Source of the DNA: Mobula hypostoma
Taxonomy: Eukaryota
Reading direction: 5' to 3'
Assembly: GCF_963921235.1 (NCBI RefSeq)
Contig: NC_086120.1
Span: 8,928,001 to 8,992,000 of the forward strand
DNA length: 64,000 nucleotides
Position numbers and translations under genes: made by a program
Notes under the pieces: model-generated
Databases searched by the model: none
Told to the model about the DNA's origin: nothing
What the model saw: the letters and a program-made list of their open reading frames with translations, nothing else
Shown here: positions 47,132-57,200 of the stretch, piece by piece
How the letters are laid out: every line of letters starts with the position of its first letter
Position numbering within the stretch: position 1 is the first letter of the stretch

Positions 47132-49563
47132 GTAAGTACAGGCAGTGGTTGCTGAGGTGGGTCTTGGGGTCACATTAAAGAGTCAATGGTTAAAGTTGAA
47201 TTCCTGATTTTTCACAGCTGGAGAGTCCCAGACTCTGACTCAGACTCCGACCGTGTCGGTGAGTCCAGGAGCCACGGCCACGCTGAATTGTGACATCGGA
47301 TCAAAGGCTAGCTATTATGTAGGTTGGTACAAGCAGACACCGGGAACAGTTCCACAATGGATCCTGTACTACCATCAATCGAGCAGCGCCCCGACCTACG
47401 GGCCTGGGTTTAGCAGCGACCGTTTCACGTCGACATCCAACAGCGCCGGCACCGTTTACCAGTTAATCATAAAAAACGTGGAGATGAATGACGCTGCCGT
47501 CTATTACTGCGGAACGACGTTTTCCGTGGGTGGTAGCTACCCGGGGGTGTTCGGCCCAGGGACCAAGCTCTTTGTTACAGGTAAGTGTCCGATAAATACG
47601 TCCTGCGGTGACCACGGCATAAATACCCGTCAATTAACAAGTTATAAGTTATAATTCCATAGCGAATTTTACAATGAAAATGTTAATTTACAATCTAAAA
47701 CAACAGGAATTCTGCAGATGCTGGAAATTCAAGCAACACACATAAAAGTTGCTGGTGAACGCAGCAGGCCAGGCAGCATCTCCAGGAAGAGGTGCAGTCG
47801 ACGTTTCAGGCCGAGACCCTTCGTCAGGACTAATTGAAGGAAGAGTGAGAAAGGGATTTGAAAGTTGGAGGGGGAGGGGGAGATCCAAAATGATAGGAGA
47901 AGACAGAATATACCCCTTGCCCATCCTCTGGGTGCCCCCCGCCCTTGTCTTTCTTCCCGGACCTCCTGTCCCATGATCCTCTCGTATCCCTTTTGCCTAT
48001 CACCTATCCAGCTCTTGGCTCCATCCCTCCCCCTCCTGTCTTCTCCTATCATTTTGGATCTCCCCCTCCCCCTCCAACTTTCAAATCCCTTGCTCACTCT
48101 TCCTTCAGTCAGTCCTGACGAAGGGTCTCGGCCTAAAATGTCGACTGCACCTCTTCCTAGAGATGCTGCCTGGCCAATTTACAATCTAATCGTGTTCGTG
48201 TCCAGCGTCAGTTTTACTCGATAGAGTTGGGTTCAGAGAATTGCTTCCGTATTTTAATGAAGCATTTCTCTTTTCGGTTGTGTTTTCGGACAAACCATGA
48301 TTCGGACAAACTTTCTGTTCATTTGTGTTACTTCGGTTCTAGTTTTAGTTTGTCTGTTGTTGTGTTGGTTTAATTGGAACGAACGTGAAGGGATCCATCT
48401 TCCTAAAGTGTGGCCAAAGTTGTCAGTGGGGACAGGGCTTTACCGGCAAATGACAGCCTGTAGTTGCGAACACAGCAGAACGACAAGTTTCCATTTATTA
48501 ATTCGAACATTCCAGCGAAACGTCCTGCCCTCCCAGTGAGGGTGGAACTCTCCTCCAGCACCCATCCCTTAAAAGACTCTCTCCCACTGCCCAGTCCTTG
48601 CCTTTTCTCTCCTGCCACTGATTCACGTGAGAGCTGCTCCTTCCCAGGAACCGTTGCTCATCGATCCCGGTCACTACACCGACTATGGGCGGTGCTCCGA
48701 TTCTGCGGAGAGTCCAGCCTCCCGTCCCCCATGTGAGTGGGAGCCGAATCGTTCGAAATTATCACAGGTCACAGAGCGGTCTACTCTGATCCGCTCCATG
48801 GAGCTCAGGACCGCGCATTTAGTGCCCTCGCCCACTGGGGCAGAGCAGATTGTAACATTAATTATATTATATAATTATATTATTAATTATATTATATTCT
48901 GATTAATGATGGGTGGGAGGGCCGGAGGGAAGAGGAGGAATGTGTCACTGATGGCATCGAGAGTGGGCACATTAAACTACGCTGGGGCGCTTTGATGCCA
49001 GTGTGTCTCTCAACTCCGTGAATGACTCAGAGACTAACAGCCTCACAGGTTGCAGTAGATTTCCAGTTTTTCCGGGTTGACCTTCATGCACCGTCCTCCA
49101 TGGGCACTGTCTTGTCCCTTGGTGAGACTCTGGGCTCAACTCAGTAAAGCTGAAACCTTTTAATTACGCTTCTGTCAAAATGTGAAATGAGGAGAGATCT
49201 TTTGCGACTTGAAACAAGTTTTCTCTTGTTCCCGTTGCAGATCGGCAGCTCCCAGACCCTTCAGTGAAACTGCTTGGGCCGTCGGCCGAGGAGATCTCCG
49301 CTAAAGGATCGGGCACCTTAGTTTGCCTGGTCAGTAAATTATCGATCGGCTTCCCTGTCGTCAGCTGGACAGTGAACGACAGTCCGACGAGCAGTGAGGT
49401 GCAAACCAGCGGGGTGACTCAGAACGCGGACAAAACCTTCAGTCTCAGCAGCTACCTGACGGTGCCCGGCGCAGACTGGAGCAGTGGGAAGAGGTACTCC
49501 TGCTCAGTTCAACAAGGAGCAGCCTCGACAATATCCGCAACAGTCACACAATCCAGCTGTTAA
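47086..49563 (+). CDS. Immunoglobulin light chain, sigma-like, germline-joined VJ; join(47086..47131,47218..47580,49241..49563), 243 aa
   Basis: Three exons with GT-AG phase-1 introns splice into a 732-nt ORF: signal peptide, V (Cys, W, DAAVYYC), J (FGPGTKL), C1 domain ending in Cys. The long CDR2 (YYHQSSSAPTYGPGFSSDRFTST) and C sequence resemble sigma/teleost L2 as I recall them. Confidence 0.93.
47218..47580 (+). CDS. IgL fused V-J exon
   Basis: (S)GESQTLTQTPTVSVSPGATATLNC...WYKQ...DAAVYYC-GTTFSVGGSYPGV-FGPGTKLFVT, donor G|GTAAGT; no heptamer or nonamer between V and J. Confidence 0.95.
47796..47831 (-). ncRNA. Minimal hammerhead ribozyme, intact core, antisense to IgL
   Basis: Minus strand AGTC-CTGACGA-AGGGTCTCGGCCT-GAAACGTC/GACT. 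Confidence 0.75.
48111..48146 (+). ncRNA. Hammerhead remnant on the IgL sense strand, G12>A and ACGT>ATGT (predicted inactive)
   Basis: AGTC-CTGACGA-AGGGTCTCGGCCT-AAAATGTC/GACT. Confidence 0.65.
49241..49563 (+). CDS. IgL constant exon
   Basis: Acceptor TTGCAG at 49240; (D)RQLPDPSVKLLGPS...TLVCLVS...W...DKTFSLSSYL...YSCSV...QSSC*. Confidence 0.95.
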
Positions 49564-49844
49564 ACAGAGCGCGGCTTCGGCCTTGTTTGTTCCCGATTAA
49601 CGGGAGATCATGGCCTTGTATCTTTCACCTCTACCTCTCTCACTCGCTCTTCACTGTACTTCCCTTCTGTTCCGCTCTCTGTAGTTTCCACTGTGGTGTT
49701 GGAATATTTGTACCCGAGGCTGATTTTGATCTTGTTCCGACTGAGAGGGTACACAGTGTCAAAGCGGACAGTTGCTTGACTTCTGGACATTTCAGGCGGT
49801 ATTTGGTTTTCTCTTGCATCGGTGTTGAATTAGTTTGAATGATT

Positions 49845-49850
49845 AATAAA
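49845..49850 (+). terminator. Probable IgL polyadenylation signal
   Basis: AATAAA 282 bp after the stop codon, followed by a T/G-rich tract. Confidence 0.7.
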
Positions 49851-51084
49851 TGCTTTGTGATTCGTCATCATGATCAGACTGACCGACGGTTATTAATTAC
49901 CAATAAATATGATCAGTGCAGGAACGACTCCCAAGTGTGCGTTTAGTCATCTTTCTTGGTTTTCCAATTCTGACATTGAGTGGGAGGAGGGAAGAGGGTG
50001 GGGATTCGTCTCTCGGCTCTGGTTCGTGACCTGGCTTGGTGAACTTTAGGAAATCTTTGCGGCAGCCCAGGACACCGAATAACAGCAAAGAAGGAAAGGA
50101 AGTTCCATTGCTGAGAATTGGGGACAGGGTGGTGGGTTGACTAATGCTGTGGTGTAAAAGAAAAAGACGAAACAGTTGGTTTTGGGAAGGTTAATAAAGG
50201 AAATGAACATAATCGTGGTTGCAAATTTCCAGGCTCCTGGGCAGCGTTGCTGGAGAGAGGAATAAATTGTAGTTACGTTCTGAGCTAATGAGGTTTCGCC
50301 AGAAGTGACCAATATTGACACAAACTAGAAAGTCTGGCTATCTGAAATGGTTGGGTCACAAGGGATGAAAATTGCCCGGTCAGAAGTTTAAACCTGTTCC
50401 TCGACTATCTATTGGGTGACAGTGTGCGGATGCAAGAGTCCAGAGACAGAATAGTTAAGGATTTGTTTCACATTAGTTCCTGATCCCCCTTCTCCTACTG
50501 TCTCAGCCGCACTCTCCTCTCTCTTCTCCTTCCTACCCCCAACAAATGCTTCCTCGGCTGAACTCTCAACCTCTCTCCATTTACAGCATGACTGCATTTA
50601 TTACCCGAACCCGTTCCTACTTTGATCCATCCTTACCCTCCCCACCAGCTCGCTATTTTAAAGGAGATTGATATTTTCTTGATTAGAAAACGTGTCAAAG
50701 GTTACAGGGAGGAGGCAGAAGAATGGGTTTGAGAGGGATAACAAATCAGGAACAATGGAATAGTGCTACCGACTCAATGAGCCCAATGGCCGGTTTCTGC
50801 TCCCCTGTCCTATGGTGGAATTCATGAAAATATATCATGAGGCCATTCAGCACATTGGGACCATGTAAGCTCCCAAAAGAGCAACCCAATTTGTGTCCGT
50901 TTGTTCTCAAACATGCCATCAAGTCCTGGTAACACTAAAATCAATGGATATCATGAGGAAAGAAAAACAGTGACTGGAATCATATATCACCTGAATAAGA
51001 TGTTGTGGTTATTCTACATCAAACATCCCAGTCCCAGGATATCATTGCAGCATTTCCTGATGCTGTACATTCCACCTGCTGCTT

Positions 51085-52560
51085 CATCAATAACCATAGG
51101 AAACATAGTCGTTGAATTAGATCATTTGGCCCATCGAATCTGTTCTGCCATTGTTGATTAATTATACTTCTCAACACCATTTGCCTATCTTCTCCCTGTA
51201 CACTTCCATGCACTTATTCATCAAGAAGCTATCAATCTCTGCTTTAAATATACTCGTTGACATGGACTCCACAGTGTCTCGGGTAATGAATTTCACATGT
51301 TCACCTCTCTCTGGCTAAAAAAATTCCTCAACTCTGTTTTAAAGTGACATCCTTGTAATCTGAGGCTCTGCCCTCTGGTCCAAGATTCTCCCACTATTGA
51401 AAACATCCTCTTCACGTCCACTCTACTAGGTTTTTCAATATTCAACAGGTTTCAATGCGATTCCAAACACCCCCACCTCGATTCCTCAAAACTCCGGTAA
51501 GTACAGGTCCAGACCCATCAAATTCAACTCGTATTTTAACCCTATCATTCGAGAAATCATTCTCGTGAACTTCCTTTCCAATGCCAGCACAGAATTTTCA
51601 AGATAAGGGACTCAAAACTTCTCATAATATTCCACATGCAGTATGAGCAATGCATTATAAAGCCCCTGCATTAAAACCTACAACTTAATCTTTTGGGATT
51701 CCTGCTCTGAGACTCCCAGGTCTCTGCATGTCTAATTTCTGAAATTGTTCCCTGTTAAGAAAATAGTCCACAGAAGCGTATGAACACATACATCCCTAAA
51801 CTGTATTCTATCTGCCACATCTTTGCCAATTTTCCTCATCTGTCCAAGTCCTTCTCCATATTATATGCATCCTCAACACCACCTGCCCCTCCACCTATCT
51901 TTGTATCATCCACAAACTTTGCTACAAAGTTATTGATTTGATCATCTAAATCATTGACATATAACGTGAACAGATGTGGTCCCAACACTGACTCCTGCAG
52001 AACACCACTAGTCACCAGCAGTCAACCACCAAAGGTCCCCTTTATTCTCCCTCTTTGTCACCTGCCAGTCAACCAATCTTCTGTCCATGCTAGTATCTGT
52101 CCTGTAATACTATGGGATCTTATCTTGTTTATCATCCTCATGTGTGGCACCTTCTTGAATGCTTCTGAAAATCCAAGTAAAATAACTTACCATTATTCTC
52201 TTTTGTCCATCCTACCTGTTATTTCATCAAAGAATTCAAACAGATTTCACAGGCAAGATTCCCTTTTAGGAAACCATGCTGACTTTGGCCTATTTTATCA
52301 AGTGTCTCCAAGTACCCGAAACTCATACTTAATAAAGGACTGTAACATCTCACCAACCTCTGAAGTCAGACTAACTGGCCTATAATTTCCTGATTTTTGC
52401 ATCCTTCCCTTCTTGACGAGCAGAGTAACAGTTGTAATTTTCCGTTCTTCCAAAACCATTGCTGAATCTAGTGATTCTTGAAGGATCACTACTAATGCCT
52501 CAACTCAATAATCTTCTCAACTACCTCTTTCAGAAACCTGGGTTGTAGTCCATCTCGTCC
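51085..52560 (-). mobile_element. Older CR1 RT/3' fragment
   Basis: GNYRPVSLTSEVGEML; SGVLQESVLGP trace; CR1-type 3' end near 51100. Smaller + strand CR1 3' pieces lie at about 50670-50820 and 52900-53320. Confidence 0.75.
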
Positions 52561-52639
52561 AGGTGTCTTATCTATCAGGTCCAGGTAGCTTATCTGAATA
52601 CAGCAATTTGTGTTTCTGTTGAAAGGAGGACTGGTGAGA

Positions 52640-52830
52640 TCTCATCTGCTGTACTGAAAATATTCCTTGCAGTTTCTTTTGCATTTGCCTGTTTTTAATG
52701 AGGCCAAGTTGCTAGCTCGATGCTCAATGCAGCACGGATGTAAAGTGTGCAAGGAGCTGGCTGGGTTCAAACCAGAGACCACTCACCTTGAAGTCCGGTA
52801 CAGATGCCACTGCACCATCAGCTGGCTAGC
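52640..52830 (-). mobile_element. tRNA-derived SINE remnant
   Basis: Minus strand has a B-box-like GGTTTGAACCC downstream of a degenerate A box, ending in an A-rich tail. Confidence 0.45.
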
Positions 52831-54221
52831 AGGAAGCAGGCACATTCATTTCACTCCCATTTCTCCCCTTTTACTGGATTCACTACTCTGATGTATAGGT
52901 CATCTTGTGAGGGAAAGTGAGGACTGTATCCACCGGAATTTTGAAGGCTGAAAGGGAAATTAATTGGATCATCATCTCTGGTGGGATCTCGGCAGGGTGG
53001 CTATCGACAAGGTGTTTCCTCATGTAGGAGCATCTAGAACATGGTGTTTGTGTTTAAAATTCAGGGTCTGGCTATTTCGGACAGATGTGAATCAATGTTT
53101 GCTTCTCTCCCAGAGAAATACAAACCTTGGAAACTCATTTTCTCCAAGGCTGTGGAAGCAGAAACAAATCACATTGTAAAATCAGTAAGAGGGTGAAAAG
53201 TTATTGGAACATGGAGTAATGGGGCTTTAAGGTTACAGCAAGATCAGCCATAATGTGATTGAATGGCAGAGCAGGTTCAAAGGGCTGAGCAATCTACTTC
53301 CTCTCCTAAATCAATGTTCATAAGGAAATCTACCTACTTGCTTTCATGACACATCACTGACTGTAAGAACTCACCTTACTGAGCAACACTGGACTTCACT
53401 TCAAAATAGCCATCCCTTGGACCATTCTGAGCCATTCTATCTATGTTCTGTAGATAGGCAGCTCAGTGCCAGCTCAGATCTGATTGGCAGTAGCATGCAG
53501 AATATTCCTTCCATCACAAGGAAAAGAATCAGATGCCTCCATCTTTAGTGGAGTTGTCAGGAGCTGTCCGGCTGATAGAATATCTACAACACTGAATCCA
53601 AGTTAAACAGTATCATCGCCTGGAGGAAGGATTTCACTTTTTGAGTGCTCCCTCATTTATTGTGTTGAGTAGGATCCTAGTTTCGATTTCCGACAACACA
53701 GGCATTGCAGCCCCAGGTTCCTGGGGAAAAATAACATATTCATGCAATGGTCAAGACCCATCAATCCCATCAGAGAAATCTCATACCAACTTCTTCTCAG
53801 TTCGTGATATCTCTGCACCTCTACTGGTTAAAAATAATTATCATTTGTCGTAATGTTACACTGAAAAGATGTCAGTATTCAAATATTACAGCATAAACAG
53901 TGGAATTGTTATTTAGGGAAACATCTAATGAGGCCATTCAGCCCATTGAGTCCCTACAACCTCCCAATAGAGTAACCCCATTGATGCCAGTTCCATTTTA
54001 CTCACACATGCCATCAAACATCATTTGATTCTTTGGTTGCATCATTGCAATAAGGTGCAATTTACAGTACCATATCTTCACTGTACAAGGAAAACAGAAC
54101 ATCATTGGGAAACTCAATGGTCACAGAGAGAACATACAAATTTCACATGGACAAGCTCAGAACCAAATCCAGGTTGCTGAAGCTGTGAGATATCAGCACT
54201 GTCTGACATGTCTCTCAGGTT

Positions 54222-57200
54222 ACATAGAACACATAGAAACCTAGAAAATAGGTGCAGGAGAAGGCCATTCGGCACTTTGAGCCTGCACTGCCATTCAGAA
54301 TGATCATAGCTGATCATCCAACTCAGAACCCTGTACCTGCCTTCTCTTCATACCCGCTGATCCCTTTAGCCACAAGGGCCATATATAACTCCCTCTTAAT
54401 ATAGCCAATGAACTGGCCTCAACTGTTTCCTGTGGCAGAGAATTCCACAGATTCACCACTCTCTGTGTGAAGAAGTTTTTCCTCATCTTGGCACTAAAAG
54501 GCTTCCCCTTTATCCTTAAACTGTGGCCCCTTGTTCTGGACTTCCCCAACATCGGGAAAAATCTTTCTGCATCTAGCCTGTCCAATCCCTTTAGAATTTT
54601 ATACATTTCAATAAGATTCCCTTCAATCTTCTAAATTCCAGAGAGTATAAGCCTAGTCGATACAGACTTTCATCATATGAAAGTCCTGCCATCCCAGGAA
54701 TCAATCTGGTGAACCTTCTTTGTACACCCTCGATGGCAAGGATGTCTTTCCTCAGATTAGGGGACCAAAACTGCACACCATACTCCAGGTGTGGTCTTAC
54801 CAAGGCCTTGTACAACTGCTTAGAACCTTCCTGTTCCTGTACTCGAATCCTCTTGCTATGAATGCCAGCATACCATTCGCCTTTTTCACCGCCTGCTGTA
54901 CCTGCATGCCCACTTTCAATGACTGGTGCACAATGACACCCAGGTCTCGTTGCACCTCCCCTTTTCGTAATCGGCCACCATTCAGATAATAATCTGTTTT
55001 CCTGTTCTTGCCACCAAAGAAGGTAACCTCACATTTATCCACATTAAATTGCATCTGCCATGAATTTGCCCACTCACCTAACCTATCCAAGTCACCCTGC
55101 ATCCTCTTAGCATCCTCCTCACAGCTAACACTGCCGCCCGGCTTTGTGTCATCTGCAAACTTGGAAATGCTGCATTTAATTCCCTTGTCTAAGTCATTAA
55201 TATATATTGTAAACAACTGGGGTCCCAGCACTGAGACATGCGGTACCCCACTAGTCACTGCCTGCCATTCTGAAAAGGTCCCGTTTATTCCCACTCTTTG
55301 CTTCCTGTCTGCCAACCAATTCTTTATCCACATCAATACCTTACCCTCAATACTGTGTGCTTTAAGTTTGCACACTAATCTCCTGTGTGGGACCTTGTCA
55401 AAAGCCTTTTGAAAATCCAAATATACCACATCCACTGGTTCTCCCCTATCCACTCTACTAGTTACATCCTCAGAAAATTCTATGAGATTTTTCAGACATG
55501 ATTTTCCTTTCAGAAATCAATGCTGACTTTGATGATTTCACCGCTTTCCAAATGTGCTGTTATCACATCTTTGATAACTGACTCCAGCATTTTCCCCACC
55601 ACCGAAGTCAGGCTTACCGGTCTGTAATTCCCTAGCTCCTCTCTCACTCCTTTTTTAAAAAGCGGGGTTACATTAGCAACCCTCCAATCCTCAGGAACTA
55701 TTCCAGAATCTGAAGAGTTTTGAAAAATTATCACTAATACATCCACTATTTCTTGGGCTCCTTCATTAAGCACTCTGGGATGCAGACCATCTGGCCCAGG
55801 GATTTGTCTGCCTTCAATCCCTTCAATTTACCTAACACCACTTCCCTACTAACATGTATTTCCCTCAGTTCCTCCATCTCACTAGACCCTCGGTCCCCTA
55901 CTATTTCCGGAAGATTATTTATGTCCTTCTTAGTGAAGACGGAACCAAAGTAGTTATTCAATTGCTCTGCAATGTCCTTGTTCCCCATGATCAATTCACC
56001 TGTTTCTGACTGTAAGGGACCTACATTTGTCTGAACCAATCTTTTTCTTTTCACATATCTATAAAAGCTTTTACAGTCAGTTATATGTTCCATGCCAGTT
56101 TTCTCTCATAACCTTTTTTTCCCTTTCCTTTCTTTCTTTTTCAATCTTTTTATTAATTTTGAAGTATAGTAACAAAACATAGCAATAATACAAATAGTAG
56201 GAGAGATATTGTTGCACTTAAGAAAAGTAATTGTATAATCAAATAGTGTAAGTTAACAAAGCTCCCAATCATGTGAAACTGACAACGGATAATACAAATA
56301 AAAAAAAACTGAAAAAAAAAATCATGAAAAAGAAAAAGAAACAAAACCAAAAAAAACCCCATCCCCAAAGAAAAACAGAATTAATCAACTAAACTAAAAG
56401 ACTTGGGCAAAACTAACAACTTAAAAATGGAAAAGAAGAGAACCTCAGTGCCGACGACTCCATTTCCCTCCAACAACAGTACAGAGAGATAAAACAAGTT
56501 TGGAAATTATCAAATTACATCAAGTGAAAATGCTGAATGAATGGCCTCCAAGTTTTTTCAAACTTAATGGAAGGGTCATAAACTGCACTTCTAATTTCCT
56601 CCAAATTCAAACACACCATAGTTTGTGAAAACCAATGAAATACCTTAGGAGGGTTAATCTCTTTCCAATTCAACAAAATGGACCTTCTAGCCATTAAAGT
56701 AAGAAATGCAATCATCCTTCGTGATGAAGAGGTTAAATTATTTAAGCCTATCGTTGGTAGTCCAAAGATAGCAGTAATTGGATGAGGTTGTAAGTCTATG
56801 TTTAGGACCGTTGAAATAGTATCAAAAATATCTTTCCAATATTTCTTCAATAAGGAACATGACCAAAACATGTGGGTTAAAGAAGCTATCTCGGAATGAC
56901 ATTTGTCACATATTGTATTAACATAAGAGTAATAACGAGATAGTTTATCTTTGGACATGTGAGCCCTGTGCACTACTTTAAACTGTATCAACCTGTGCTT
57001 AGCACATACAGAGGATGAATTCACCAACTGAAGAATTTTTTCCCATTTCTCAGTCGGTATATTAATCTCAAGTTCTCTTTCCCAGTCAGCTTTAATTTTA
57101 TTAGAAGCATCAGGACATAAATTCATAATTATATTATATATAATTGCTACTACACTTTTCTGAGAGAGATTTCAATCCAAGATTTTTTCCAAAATCTCCA

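Larger units (their letters stand above)
47699..48175. mobile_element. PLE pLTR fold-back insertion in the J-C intron
   Basis: Inverted arms about 47767-47906 and 48036-48175; 14-bp TSD AATTTACAATCTAA (47685-47698 / 48176-48189). Confidence 0.92.

Noticed and set aside
47086-49563. Joined VJ as a processed pseudogene
   Set aside because: Leader-V and J-C introns and the promoter are present; no poly(A) tract or TSD flanks the gene.
49752-49758. CACAGTG heptamer 3' of the C exon as an RSS
   Set aside because: No ACAAAAACC-like nonamer at 12 or 23 bp. I saw no complete RSS, second V or second J in the window (by eye only).
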